64,000 nucleotides of DNA from Oligoflexales bacterium (GCA_947494335.1 CANLUT010000001.1:921649-985648), one strand, 5' to 3'. Counted from the stretch's first letter, positions 29,669-40,099 are shown. Notes: generated from the letters alone by a model not told the origin. Numbers and translations: made by a program.

Positions 29669-31239
29669 ACATTCAAGTAGTCGAGCAAATAAGATTTTCC
29701 CTATCACAGCCCGGATGGACTCCGGGCCGCCGAGATATGAGTTCGCTCTTTCAGGTGTGGCGAAGCCTTGCCGACTCGGAACGCGAGGGTTTGGCAAAGA
29801 AGCTTACGAAAATAGACGCGCCGAGTGTTCGCGTTGCTGTCGAAACATTGCCAACGCTGGATGCGCGTACCCGCGGTGACTTGGCGCGTCCAGTATTAAA
29901 GTCTTATTTGCGATCAGCGAATAAGGATTCAGGATCATGGTCGGAGTTTCCTTTGCTTTGTCTTGGTGATGGTGAGCCCCGTGTGCGTAAGGCTTCTGCC
30001 CAGGCCATCGGATCGTCATGGGACGATATACCGCGTGTGCAGCGCGGAGTGATTGTTCAGAAGTTGATCAACTTACTGGAGCACTGCGAGGACCCCAGTG
30101 AAAAGAAAGCGCTCTTGGATGCATTAGGCAAAAGCGGTGATCAACAAGCTTTAGACGCGCTCAAGACCAGTGGTGCTGGAGCGCGGAATTTACTGATGCT
30201 GGAGCGTGATCTTTACCGTGACGGTGATGCCTCATCAGATGGTCAGTGTCATCCTGAACGATTAGCTGGGCATGGGATTGTCGCATGGTTTACTGCAGGC
30301 CTAGACGCCTTTGCGCGAACAAATGGGTTATTCCTGGGGGCCGAAATATTGGCTCCTGGTGTGTTGAAGGCTGATGCTGGTGTCAAATGGCTAGATTTAG
30401 TCGGTCATTATTTATGGCGGCGTTCGGGTGTTGCGATAGGCCGCGTCAATGACTCATCAGTCAGCCACTTGGTTTCCGTTTTAGTGCAGAGGGCCGCAGG
30501 CATTTGTGACAGCACCGAGCGCGCAGCAGGCGCGCCTGTGCGAATTCGTCTTGGTCGTTGCACGGAACGCTCGCGCTCCTTTATTTGGGAGTTTGCTGAA
30601 GCGTTATCAAAATCAAATTGCGGCATGATCAACGATGGTCGAGCTCCCCATTGGGAGGTCCGCGTCGTTCATGATCTTGTCGTGTTGGTGCCGCTAAAGA
30701 TTGAAGACAAGCGTTTTTCTTGGCGTGATGCGTCCACCGAAGGTGCGAGTGATCCCACGATTGCTGCTGCGTTAGTGATGGCAGCAGGGATTAAACCTGG
30801 TGAGCGAGTGTGGGACCCCTTTTGTGGCGCGGGCACGGAGCTGATTCTTGCCGCAAAGGTCGTGAATAAAATCTTTGCTCAGGGCACAGATATAAACCAG
30901 GGAGCCATTGATGCGGCAGCTAAGGCCGCAGATGTCGCCGGAGCTAACGTCAACTTCGAGGTTGGAAGTTGTCTCGATTTTGAAGGGGCACCCTTCGATG
31001 TGATTGTGACGAATCCGCCATTTGGTATGCGGACAGTCCGAGGCGGGGCAAGAACCTTGCTCGAGGAGTTTTTTTTAACGGTGCGAAAGAGGATCTCTGA
31101 CGACGGCCGTATCGTGTTACTGTCCCATGCGCCGTCCTCAACAGTGCTCTGGGCTAGAGACGGTGGGCTGAGGTGCGTGACGCGTTTACCCATTAAACTT
31201 GGCGGTATGGACTGCCAGCTCCAGGTGTTTTCCAAATAA
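29665..31239 (+). CDS. HEAT-repeat plus THUMP-like plus UPF0020 N-methyltransferase (RlmL/Trm14-like RNA methylase)
   Basis: The ATG at 29665 overlaps the U32 stop (ATGA). HEAT-like repeats are present (EPRVRKASAQAIG, EKKALLDALGKSGDQQALDALK). The SAM motif is VWDPFCGAGTELILAA and the catalytic motif is VTNPPFG. Confidence 0.75.
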   Translation: MNIQVVEQIRFSLSQPGWTPGRRDMSSLFQVWRSLADSEREGLAKKLTKIDAPSVRVAVETLPTLDARTRGDLARPVLKSYLRSANKDSGSWSEFPLLCLGDGEPRVRKASAQAIGSSWDDIPRVQRGVIVQKLINLLEHCEDPSEKKALLDALGKSGDQQALDALKTSGAGARNLLMLERDLYRDGDASSDGQCHPERLAGHGIVAWFTAGLDAFARTNGLFLGAEILAPGVLKADAGVKWLDLVGHYLWRRSGVAIGRVNDSSVSHLVSVLVQRAAGICDSTERAAGAPVRIRLGRCTERSRSFIWEFAEALSKSNCGMINDGRAPHWEVRVVHDLVVLVPLKIEDKRFSWRDASTEGASDPTIAAALVMAAGIKPGERVWDPFCGAGTELILAAKVVNKIFAQGTDINQGAIDAAAKAADVAGANVNFEVGSCLDFEGAPFDVIVTNPPFGMRTVRGGARTLLEEFFLTVRKRISDDGRIVLLSHAPSSTVLWARDGGLRCVTRLPIKLGGMDCQLQVFSK

Positions 31240-31254
31240 AATTGGCGCAAAAAA

Positions 31255-31278
31255 GCCCCCGGCAGTTCGGCCGGGGGC
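31255..31278. terminator. Bidirectional rho-independent terminator
   Basis: The GCCCCCGGCAGTTCGGCCGGGGGC hairpin has an A-run on its left and a T-run on its right. It lies between convergent genes. Confidence 0.75.
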
Positions 31279-31292
31279 TTTTCATTTGTTGA

Positions 31293-31829
31293 TTAATCTT
31301 CGATGCCTTGCCACATGACTTCGTCTTTGGAGATTGTAGGCAGTTTACTGATTTCATCCTCAGCGGCCTTGGCCTCTTTGGCGCGACGCTCAGTGTTTTT
31401 TTCAAACTCTTCAATTTCCTTTAAACGCTGCTTATCACGCTCTTCTTCTTCCTGCTTTGCTTTGAGAGCTTTTTGCTTCTCGCTCTCTTGTTTTGCAGCC
31501 TTGACACTGGATTCCATGCGCTCTTGCTCGCGCCATGCGGCATCGAGGTTGGCTTTATTTTCTTCGACTGATTTCTTGATTTGGTAGAAATCACTTTCTT
31601 CAACGGTTTTGGTATCAAGAGATGTTGCTGGATCATAGTTCAGAGCATCTTTGAGCTCTTCTGGGAGGTCTTCTCCAGAGCCTTTTGCTGCAGCAGATGC
31701 ATCCGATGCATCCGATGCAACTGGATCGTTGGCACCAGTAGCTCCGGTTTTCTTTGTTGATGTGCAGGAATAAAAGGTCAGGGAGGACGCAATTAGACAA
31801 GACAGTAGGGTTAGATTCGATTTCAACAT
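31293..31829 (-). CDS. Hypothetical secreted/lipoprotein-like coiled-coil protein
   Basis: It has a hydrophobic N-terminus with Cys residues and an E/K-rich heptad-like C-terminal half. Confidence 0.55.
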   Translation of the reverse strand: MLKSNLTLLSCLIASSLTFYSCTSTKKTGATGANDPVASDASDASAAAKGSGEDLPEELKDALNYDPATSLDTKTVEESDFYQIKKSVEENKANLDAAWREQERMESSVKAAKQESEKQKALKAKQEEEERDKQRLKEIEEFEKNTERRAKEAKAAEDEISKLPTISKDEVMWQGIED

Positions 31830-32055
31830 AATGTCACCTCAACAACGACAACAGTCATACACCAGCAAGGAGATTCAACAAAAACATCCAAATTACATGC
31901 ATGACCCACCTCGAAATGGTGGGCTCTGCACACCGCAATGCAAGTGGTACTCCAATTAAGTATGTCAAATTAATTTAATGATTTCAGTTAGTGAAAGACC
32001 TCATAGTGTCGGCTAGTGAGGCAAAGTGTCAGGATTTTTGACAGTTTTTTAGAGG

Positions 32056-32946
32056 CTAATGACACTCAAGGCTCAGCCAAGCTGAAACGCGTTCGCCGGG
32101 TTTAAGCCAGCGGCAACCGGTTGGTCTAGCCACGGCATCGGGAAGAGACATCCATGGCTCAATACAGAAAAACTCCTCTGGTCGATTAGTCCAGGTGACC
32201 ACGTGCTGCATCACGTCCTCAGGACCAGCGGAGATGGTTACAGCGTATTGACCAAGGTCTAAGCGACTGGCTTCGCCGTTTAGGTCACCGAATATCAAAC
32301 TTGCAAGCTTTGGGTTTGGCAGGGTCCATGGTGAGGGCCCAAGACTGTCGCGTACAGAGTCTGAAGCTCCAGCATTACCAACAGGGGTCACCGCATAACT
32401 TGTGTCTGCGGGTATTGTAGCCAAAGCCTTCTTCGCCAATTTGAAGTAAGGATGCCAACCTAAAGCAACGGGCATTTTTTCTCTCGTCTTTGCTGCCAGC
32501 GTGGTGTGGACGACATCAACGGCGATGTGAAGAGTGCGTGCAGATAATGTGATCGTCATGACGATTTCAAAAGCAAATGGGTAATGCTGTTTTTTACTCT
32601 CGTCGTCTGACTTGAGGGTGAGTTTTACGGAGTTTGGTCCCTTGGCTGAGACTGTCCAAGGCTTAGACCAAGAAAAGCCATGGAGAGGCATGTCGTAAAC
32701 CTGGCCGCCAGACGCATATTTCAAAACCTCTTGGCCATGCCACACCCGGCCGGCGAACGGGAAAAGAAACGGCAAACCACCGCCAGGCCATGCGTTGGGA
32801 TCATTGGTCGAAAAACCCTCTGGGAGCCAGAGAATCGGCTGCGCTTTGCTAGCACGATCGACAAGTGTCAACTGTGAAACCAGCGCGCCGCTTTCAGGTA
32901 GGACCGTCGCACTTGCTAAACCAGATTGCAGTACCAAAGCAGACAA
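32056..32946 (-). CDS. Aldose 1-epimerase (galactose mutarotase-like) family protein
   Basis: GGLPFLFPFAGRV, HGF and GWHPYF motifs are characteristic of the family. Confidence 0.8.
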   Translation of the reverse strand: MSALVLQSGLASATVLPESGALVSQLTLVDRASKAQPILWLPEGFSTNDPNAWPGGGLPFLFPFAGRVWHGQEVLKYASGGQVYDMPLHGFSWSKPWTVSAKGPNSVKLTLKSDDESKKQHYPFAFEIVMTITLSARTLHIAVDVVHTTLAAKTREKMPVALGWHPYFKLAKKALATIPADTSYAVTPVGNAGASDSVRDSLGPSPWTLPNPKLASLIFGDLNGEASRLDLGQYAVTISAGPEDVMQHVVTWTNRPEEFFCIEPWMSLPDAVARPTGCRWLKPGERVSAWLSLECH

Positions 32947-33005
32947 TGTCTTGCTCCCTCACAGTTTTCTGTATGTGAACAGTCTATCAAAATTAAAGAC
33001 AGTGT

Positions 33006-34340
33006 TTAAGGCTTGTTTGTCGATGACGCTGGCGGCCAGGCAGTTGGTACTTTCATGCCGTCGTAGGTGAAGCTTTGACCGAGCTTTACGCTCTTTTGGC
33101 CTTTACGAATGTAGATGATGGCTCCCTCATGAATGGGCCAACCGCGACTCGATTTGAGATTTAATTCTGGGCCAAAGTAAGACACGACGTGCCCTTTGAT
33201 CGCCGATGGGTCTTCGCTGCTGACTAATCGATCGTTCATTTGCAGTCCCCAAGCGCGTCCTTTATCGAGATAGGCCCAAGCACCTTTTATTTTTGCAACC
33301 TGCGGTAGCTCAGAGCGATTTAAAGCCAGTTGTTCTGTCTCAAGCTCTTTGCTCAGACGGTCAGAGTATTGAATGTTCATCGTGTTGTCTGGACGTGCGG
33401 AGATCGTCATGGGCTCACTCCAAGACCAAGGTAACGTTTTACCAAACACAGCATCTGTGCCACTTAGCGTCATCTTTAGACTTGTGGGAAGCGTGGCTTT
33501 GATCGGAGGTTTTTCGTAAGTGATGCGTGCAACCACTTCACGATTGGCTTTACGCATGGAGTTTTTTTGACCGTAGAATCCATGAATTGTCGTCATCAAC
33601 TCGGTAGCTAAAGGACTAACCACGGTAAATTTTTCTGCTAAGGGCGCGCTGAGCATTAGAGCCAAAGCCGTGCGATCGATTTCATTTAGTCTGCGGCTGA
33701 CTGCCTGATTGCGAATGATCAATGACATGTCCTCTTTTGCTGCGGGAAGAGCTCCTAGATTTAGCGTTTGGGCGAGCTCACGGATGGTGTCTGCAAAAAA
33801 TTTATTGAGTGTTTTACTGCGAACGCTTTCGTCCCAGCGTGACTTTGTTAACAAGCGATGCACGACTTTTTTCAAGGTGTTTCGATTGCTGTCGACAATC
33901 GCCAAAGCGATCAAGTCATGATCGTGGATTTTGGTCCAAACGGGGATCACGGCCAGAGTGGGGGTCTTACCGCTCGCTGTGCCGCTGATGATGTCTTTGA
34001 GTTCGTGGCGCGCAGCTTCGTAGGGCGCTCTTTTCGGGGCAACAGATGCCATGTCAGTGCCATCAGGAAGCAGTATTTGTTTGATGACGTTGGTGGCTTC
34101 AAGACGTGCGTCTTTGGTGGTGCGCACTGTGTCGGGATCAAGGGAAAGATTTTGCCATGGCAGTATCATCAAATCAGGAAGTGGCGTTACAGGTGGCGTA
34201 TTGGTCTCTGTGAGACTTGTTGGTGGTGGATTGGTTGGTGTCGCTGTGGGAATATCGCCTATATTTTGTGCGAACAAAGTTGTAGAGCACAAATATTGTG
34301 CAAGCAGAAACAGAGAAATTTTTTGCATGAGCAAACTCAT
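33006..34340 (-). CDS. Hypothetical secreted protein
   Basis: It has a signal peptide and a Pro/Thr-rich linker. No domain recognised. Confidence 0.55.
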   Translation of the reverse strand: MSLLMQKISLFLLAQYLCSTTLFAQNIGDIPTATPTNPPPTSLTETNTPPVTPLPDLMILPWQNLSLDPDTVRTTKDARLEATNVIKQILLPDGTDMASVAPKRAPYEAARHELKDIISGTASGKTPTLAVIPVWTKIHDHDLIALAIVDSNRNTLKKVVHRLLTKSRWDESVRSKTLNKFFADTIRELAQTLNLGALPAAKEDMSLIIRNQAVSRRLNEIDRTALALMLSAPLAEKFTVVSPLATELMTTIHGFYGQKNSMRKANREVVARITYEKPPIKATLPTSLKMTLSGTDAVFGKTLPWSWSEPMTISARPDNTMNIQYSDRLSKELETEQLALNRSELPQVAKIKGAWAYLDKGRAWGLQMNDRLVSSEDPSAIKGHVVSYFGPELNLKSSRGWPIHEGAIIYIRKGQKSVKLGQSFTYDGMKVPTAWPPASSTNKP

Positions 34341-34526
34341 TCAAAGCCCCGGTCTATCAACACTCACAGGTGATATCGGATAACTAAAAATGTTCTTCAG
34401 CGAGGTGTTAAATTTTCTGGCTGTTGACTTTACCAGACAAATTTATGGTATAGTGGTTATAAGCTTGTAAGCACAGGTAGCTCAAGGTAGCTTTTAGCGA
34501 GACATCAACGCAGTAAAGGTTTTCCG

Positions 34527-35306
34527 GTGGTAAACGCAACGATCAACTCACTTGTAGCCGGTTTGGCAGGGTACCCGCGGGGAGTCCGCTGGATGATATC
34601 CCGTCCAGGGGTTTTGATGCTTAGTTTGCTGCCATTTTTCATGGGCGTCATTGGGTTTGTCGTCGGAGTTACTCTGTTTGTGCAGTACGGTAATTCATGG
34701 CTGACATCGGTGCTTATGAGTTGGTTTGCAGGTTGGCAGAATGATTGGCTATGGCTGTCCTTTTATTGGATTATCAAAAGTCTTTTGTTGGTCAGCGTGT
34801 TCTTGATGTGTGTACTGAGCTCTTTGATCCTGTTCGTTTCGATTGCATCACCGGTCAATGAGTACATCTCTGTTCAGGTTGAGCGAGACATGCTGGGGCA
34901 TAACGCAGATACCAGCATTCCCTGGAGGCGTTGGCCAAAGGTTATTTTTGGCGAGTGTCTCAAGGCGATCGCTGTGGTGACGGTGCCGCTGTTGATGCTT
35001 CTGGTTCCTGGGGTGAATCTGTTCGCCGGACTAATCGCAGCGTTTTTGATTGGCTGGGATTTTTATGATTTCCCTTTGGCGCGTCGCGGTTGGAGTTTTA
35101 AAGAGCGCTTTAACTTTGTCACAAAGGAATTTTGGACGGTTTTAGGGTTTGGTTTATGGTTAGCCATTCCGTTTGTGCATATCCTTTTGGTGCCGCTGGC
35201 TGCAGCTGGAGGAACCATTTTGAATCTGGAAGCATTGGCTCGGCGAGGGGCTGTGACGTTGAATCGTAAAACGATCATCGGCCAACCACCGGTCTTGTTT
35301 ACATAG
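34527..35306 (+). CDS. EI24/CysZ-like (DUF540) membrane protein
   Basis: It has four or more TM helices. LLMLLVPGVNLFAGLIAAFLIGWDFYDFPLARRGWSF resembles the CysZ/EI24 family. Confidence 0.6.
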   Translation: MVNATINSLVAGLAGYPRGVRWMISRPGVLMLSLLPFFMGVIGFVVGVTLFVQYGNSWLTSVLMSWFAGWQNDWLWLSFYWIIKSLLLVSVFLMCVLSSLILFVSIASPVNEYISVQVERDMLGHNADTSIPWRRWPKVIFGECLKAIAVVTVPLLMLLVPGVNLFAGLIAAFLIGWDFYDFPLARRGWSFKERFNFVTKEFWTVLGFGLWLAIPFVHILLVPLAAAGGTILNLEALARRGAVTLNRKTIIGQPPVLFT

Positions 35307-35346
35307 GGCTAATTTTACGAATTGTAACTAAACATGGAGGTTTCTC

Positions 35347-36483
35347 ATGAGTATGAATGGAATGAATGGCGAGAAGTCAAAGGCACTAGAAGCTGCTGTT
35401 GGTGCGATTGAGAAGCAGTTTGGCAAAGGCTCCATCATGCGTCTTGGCAAGGACGGTCATGCTGATCCGATTGAGGCAGTGTCGACTGGAGCTTTGTCCC
35501 TTGATATTGCCCTTGGTATTGGTGGTATCCCTAAAGGCCGTATTGTTGAGATTTATGGTCCAGAGTCCAGCGGTAAGACGACCTTGACGTTGCACCTTGT
35601 TGCTGAAGTACAGAAGGCTGGCGGTGTCGCCGCATTCGTTGACGCAGAGCATGCCTTGGATGTGGTTTACGCCAAGAAGTTGGGCGTGAATATTGATGAA
35701 CTGCTAGTTTCTCAGCCAGACACTGGTGAGCAGGCTCTGGAAATCGTGGACATGTTGGTCCGTTCAGGAGCCGTGGATCTAGTGGTTGTTGACTCCGTTG
35801 CAGCTTTGACGCCGAAGGCTGAGATTGAAGGCGAGATGGGAGATTCCCATATGGGTCTTCAAGCACGCCTCATGAGCCAAGCACTTCGTAAGCTCACCGG
35901 AACGATTTCTCGCTCCAACTGCTCCGTTGTCTTTATCAACCAGATCCGTATGAAGATCGGCGTGATGTTCGGCAACCCTGAAACAACAACTGGCGGTAAC
36001 GCATTGAAGTTCTACTCAAGCGTACGGATGGATGTTCGTAAGATCGCGTCTATCAAGCAGTCAGAGGATGAAATTGTTGGTAACCGTACTCGGGTCAAAG
36101 TCGTCAAGAACAAGATGGCAGCTCCCTTTAAGCAGGCCGAGTTTGACATTATGTTCGGCAAGGGTATCTCCCGCTCAGGAGACGTTCTTGATCTCGCAGT
36201 AGCGAAGGACATCGTAGCCAAGAGTGGTTCATGGTTCTCCTATAAGGAAGAGCGTATTGGCCAGGGACGCGAGAACGCCAAGGAGTTTATCGAATCTCAT
36301 CCTGAGATGATGAAAAAGATCGAGGCAGAAGTGCTGAAGGTCTATGGTGTATCCCGTAACGGTAGCAAAGAGGAAACAGCGACCGATACCACAACTGCAA
36401 AAGCTGGTGCGACAGCGGCCCCCATCAAGGGACCAACCCCTGTAGCCAAGGCTCCAGCGGTTGCTGCGGCGACAAAGAAATAA
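35347..36483 (+). CDS. recA: Recombinase RecA
   Basis: It has [10 protein letters not shown] and [22 protein letters not shown]. It is full length, with an Ala/Thr/Pro-rich C-terminal tail. Confidence 0.98.
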   Translation: MSMNGMNGEKSKALEAAVGAIEKQFGKGSIMRLGKDGHADPIEAVSTGALSLDIALGIGGIPKGRIVEIYGPESSGKTTLTLHLVAEVQKAGGVAAFVDAEHALDVVYAKKLGVNIDELLVSQPDTGEQALEIVDMLVRSGAVDLVVVDSVAALTPKAEIEGEMGDSHMGLQARLMSQALRKLTGTISRSNCSVVFINQIRMKIGVMFGNPETTTGGNALKFYSSVRMDVRKIASIKQSEDEIVGNRTRVKVVKNKMAAPFKQAEFDIMFGKGISRSGDVLDLAVAKDIVAKSGSWFSYKEERIGQGRENAKEFIESHPEMMKKIEAEVLKVYGVSRNGSKEETATDTTTAKAGATAAPIKGPTPVAKAPAVAAATKK

Positions 36484-36505
36484 GTCTTGGACTAGATAAG
36501 AAAGA

Positions 36506-36534
36506 AGCCGCAGGAGTGATCCTGCGGCTTTTTT
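36506..36534 (+). terminator. recA rho-independent terminator
   Basis: AGCCGCAGGAGTGATCCTGCGGCT is followed by TTTTTTG. Confidence 0.8.
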
Positions 36535-36582
36535 GTTTTAAAGGCTGTTCTAGTCTCGACAGATCATTTGAAAATAAACGAT

Positions 36583-36957
36583 TTAGAACAAGACTGATTT
36601 TTTGATGTTGCTGTTGGCAAAAGTTATAGTCCAGCGGCCATGCTGCTCCTGGACAAAATCATAAATGACCTTGCTGATGTCACCTTGCCATCGATTCGAG
36701 ACAAGGTTTTCTGATGGCCAACATCCCCACCCCAAAAGAGCAAGGGGAAAAACTTTGTTCTTCATGTGAAATTCTTGATTGATGCCTTGAGGATTTAGGG
36801 TCACTTTGTCGCACGTCTGATTTGTTTGACTGACCACAATCCCCTGATGGCTTTTATTAATTGAAACATGGCTAACGGGAAGCTCCGTAGGATCTTCCTT
36901 CCCCCAACACGGGGTGGAAAGCAAAATATATAGAAACACCGGGATAGCAAACTTCAT
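36583..36957 (-). CDS. Small secreted protein, paralog of 22863-23279
   Basis: See 22863-23279. The signal peptide is MKFAIPVFLYILLSTPCWG. It lies 46 nt downstream of the OMP-like gene on the same strand. Confidence 0.6.
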   Translation of the reverse strand: MKFAIPVFLYILLSTPCWGKEDPTELPVSHVSINKSHQGIVVSQTNQTCDKVTLNPQGINQEFHMKNKVFPLALLGWGCWPSENLVSNRWQGDISKVIYDFVQEQHGRWTITFANSNIKKSVLF

Positions 36958-37003
36958 GATCAACCTCATCATGAGAACGAAAGACAGACGGTTAAAAGGT
37001 AAT

Positions 37004-37867
37004 TTAAAACATCCATCCCATGCGCAGAAACGTCGCAAATGGAAGCGGTTTAGAGGCGTAGGACTTAGCAGAGTCTTCCAAGTCTTTTTTCATATTTTTG
37101 TATTCGTTAGTTTCTCGGAGGGCTGCGTCTGTCCCCTCAGGAGCTTTCGAAAAAGTCGCCGTAAATTTTGATTCTGGTGACATCGGCACAAGGTACCCGA
37201 GATCAAAGCCCATGGTGAAACCTGAGTCCCAAATGGAAAACCATCCAATGTGAGGAACGACGTAGTTTGCGGAAGCCGTAAGTTTGCCGTGGCTTGATAC
37301 CGTGGTCTTAGTGGTGGGCTCTTTGATGTCGCGGTTCAGTTCACCTGTCATCTGATGCTGGCCGACAGCAACACCTGCGAAAAAGGACGTATCCATGGGA
37401 AACCACCGAAAGCGAATGTCGAAGTGCTTCATATCCAAATCAACTTCGTTAATATTCCTTGTCACATTGCCATAGTTAGCGGAGATGCCAAATTTACGAA
37501 AAATTTTAGATTCGACGGCGAGATTCATAATATGTGGAAACGATAGAGACGCTGAAGCTCCGATCAGAAAGTCACTAGTCAGAATATCGGACTGAACTTG
37601 GTTGTTGGGATCTAGATCAGGATTTTGTTCTGGATTTAAATCGGTGCCACCTGTGGCGTCAGGATCGAGCTCTGGACTAGTAGGCTTTGGGATATCTCCA
37701 GTTTGAAAGCTGTCGTCATAGCCTTTTTGTAGGGTTCCAGGATCAACAGGAGCGGGGGCTGGCTGAGCAGGAGATGTGGTTTCAGCTGCATTGCCCTGGG
37801 CCAAGCAAAGAGGGCTTACTGCCCACATAGTAAAAATCACCAATGTCTTACGACGAGTGCCTAGCAT
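37004..37867 (-). CDS. Putative outer-membrane beta-barrel protein
   Basis: It has a signal peptide ending CLAQG and a Pro/Asp-rich linker. The C-terminal half has alternating hydrophobic residues, and the terminal residues are ...FLRMGWMF. Confidence 0.55.
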   Translation of the reverse strand: MLGTRRKTLVIFTMWAVSPLCLAQGNAAETTSPAQPAPAPVDPGTLQKGYDDSFQTGDIPKPTSPELDPDATGGTDLNPEQNPDLDPNNQVQSDILTSDFLIGASASLSFPHIMNLAVESKIFRKFGISANYGNVTRNINEVDLDMKHFDIRFRWFPMDTSFFAGVAVGQHQMTGELNRDIKEPTTKTTVSSHGKLTASANYVVPHIGWFSIWDSGFTMGFDLGYLVPMSPESKFTATFSKAPEGTDAALRETNEYKNMKKDLEDSAKSYASKPLPFATFLRMGWMF

Positions 37868-37921
37868 CGAAGGTCCCCCAAGGATAAAATCGACAGTCAA
37901 AATCAGATAATAATAAAAATA

Positions 37922-39802
37922 TTAGCTGAAAATGCGGAAGGTGACAAACGCAGCCATCCAAGCCAAACTAAACATGTAAGCAAGCATCACAAGACTCCAC
38001 TTCCATCCACCAGTCTCTCGACGAACGGTGGCGATTGTTGCCATACATTGCGGCGCAAAGATGTACCAAGCAATCAAGGCAAACCCTGTTGCTGGAGTCC
38101 AGACTTGAGTGAGCTTTTGACCAAGGCTTAAAGCGGTAGTCTCTTCGTTGTCTGACTGCTCCACAGCAAAGACCGTAGCAAGAGAACTTACCATAACCTC
38201 TCGTGCTGCGAACCCAGGAACTAAGCCCGTGGCGATGCGCCAATCAAATCCAACCGGGCGAACGATGGGCTCAATGAAGTGCCCAATTTGGGCTGCGGCG
38301 CTGTAATGTATGGCGGGCTGATCAGCGTCTTTGGGAGGTTTCGGGTAAGAGCTTAGGAACCAAATGGCTACACTTAAGCCTAGGATCACGGTTCCAGCGC
38401 GTTGAAGAAACGAGACAACTCTGAGCCACATGGACGTACCGACATAACGCCAGTGAGGCCATCGGTAGGCTGGAAGCTCGAGCATAAACGGTGTTTGTAT
38501 GCCACGTTTTCCAAAAAGCTTGATAACAAAGGCAGCTGTGAATGCGCTCACGACCCCTGCCACAAACAATCCAAACATCACCCAAGCTTGTGAGTTGATG
38601 CCAAGCAGTCCATCCTTTTCTGGCACAAATGCAGAGACCAAGAGCGTATAGACAGGCAGTCGCGCGCTGCATGTGATCAGTGGCGCCACAAGAATTGTTG
38701 TTAGCCGGTCGCGATCGTCCCGGATTGTGCGGGTGGCCATGATGCCTGGAATTGCGCACGCAAAAGAACTGAGTAGGGGAACAAAACTTCGCCCTTGAAG
38801 GCCAACAGAAAACATCATTCTATCCAGCATAAAGGCAGCACGCGCCATATATCCGGAACCTTCAAGCAAATTGATGAATAGAAAAAGCATCATAATTTGC
38901 GGCAAAAATACCAAAACACTACCGACGCCGCCCAAGATTCCCTCGGTCAGTAAGTCCCGCAAAATAGAATCTGGAATGAAAACTCTGCTTAAACTTTGCA
39001 GCGCCGCGATGCCTGATTCAATGAGGTCAGCGAAGGGCGTCGCCCACGTGAAAACAGTTTGAAAAAGCGTAAGCAAAACGACGACCAGAATCAAAGTTCC
39101 CCAAACCGGATGCAGGGCGATCTTATCGATCTTCCAGGTGAGACGATCGGATTTTAGAGCTGTCTCTGTCGCTTTTGCGAGAATGGCATCTACGCGCGTA
39201 AAACGCTGTGTAACAGACTCGGTCGTCGCGCGCTCCCAATTCGAATGCAGGCGAGCCTCCGGTGCTTTATCAATCGGTAGTGCCTGATCAATCTTGGTCA
39301 TCAACGCTGCAACACCGTCACCTTTGGTTGCAATCATCGGTATGACGGTGCATCCCAGTTCGCGAGCAATCATATTGGTATTGATTTTGATGCCGCGGCG
39401 CTGAGCGAGGTCCATCATATTAAGAACCACGATCATCGGCATTCCGGTTGATTTAATCTCGAGGGCTAGCCCCAGAGTTCGCTCAAGATTTGACGCGTCC
39501 AGCACCACCACCACAAGATCAGGCGCATCATCACCACTGGCCACACCGCTACCTGTCAGGATATCTACCGCGACTTGCTCGTCAATGCTGATCGGATCAA
39601 GGCTGTAGGTTCCAGGCAGGTCCATGATGAGAAACTGGCGATTATTCCAAACAGGAGTGAGTCCAGATTTCTTTTCTACGGTGACTCCTGGATAGTTGGC
39701 GACTTTTTGACTGAGTCCTGTCAGTGCATTGAATAAAACTGATTTCCCAGCGTTGGGTGATCCGGCAAGGGCGATGATCGGATGTCTTAGAGTGCCTTTC
39801 AC
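37922..39802 (-). CDS. feoB: Ferrous iron transporter FeoB
   Basis: An N-terminal G domain (GSPNAGKSVLFNALTG, DLPGTYSL) is followed by a polytopic permease. Confidence 0.95.
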   Translation of the reverse strand: MKGTLRHPIIALAGSPNAGKSVLFNALTGLSQKVANYPGVTVEKKSGLTPVWNNRQFLIMDLPGTYSLDPISIDEQVAVDILTGSGVASGDDAPDLVVVVLDASNLERTLGLALEIKSTGMPMIVVLNMMDLAQRRGIKINTNMIARELGCTVIPMIATKGDGVAALMTKIDQALPIDKAPEARLHSNWERATTESVTQRFTRVDAILAKATETALKSDRLTWKIDKIALHPVWGTLILVVVLLTLFQTVFTWATPFADLIESGIAALQSLSRVFIPDSILRDLLTEGILGGVGSVLVFLPQIMMLFLFINLLEGSGYMARAAFMLDRMMFSVGLQGRSFVPLLSSFACAIPGIMATRTIRDDRDRLTTILVAPLITCSARLPVYTLLVSAFVPEKDGLLGINSQAWVMFGLFVAGVVSAFTAAFVIKLFGKRGIQTPFMLELPAYRWPHWRYVGTSMWLRVVSFLQRAGTVILGLSVAIWFLSSYPKPPKDADQPAIHYSAAAQIGHFIEPIVRPVGFDWRIATGLVPGFAAREVMVSSLATVFAVEQSDNEETTALSLGQKLTQVWTPATGFALIAWYIFAPQCMATIATVRRETGGWKWSLVMLAYMFSLAWMAAFVTFRIFS

Positions 39803-40050
39803 CTGAGGGTCTCCGGTAAAATATCAACTGCAATCAACGCTGCCTCGTAACGACGCAAGGCCACAACCATTCCTCGCACGAGAACAGCAATTGGATCGCT
39901 AAGAATTGGTCCTTCGTGACGGACTTCAATAATCGAATGAGGGATAAACCCAAGCTCTAGTAGTCGGCGGGATATCGCTCCATGGGCAGACGTATCGATG
40001 CTAGTGATGCGCAGAGGTGTAAAACGTGGGGCATCGCTGAGTTTGGTCAT
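39799..40050 (-). CDS. feoA: FeoA-family protein
   Basis: It has a FeoA SH3-like sequence (LRITSID...RRLLELGFIPHSIIEV). A GTGA overlap joins it to feoB. I chose the start at MTKLSD rather than the track start, which would lie inside the Fur-box palindrome. Confidence 0.8.
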   Translation of the reverse strand: MTKLSDAPRFTPLRITSIDTSAHGAISRRLLELGFIPHSIIEVRHEGPILSDPIAVLVRGMVVALRRYEAALIAVDILPETLR

Positions 40051-40099
40051 GGTTACCTTCGGGAGGTGCGTTTCATCAAAGCATTGGCTTATACATGAG

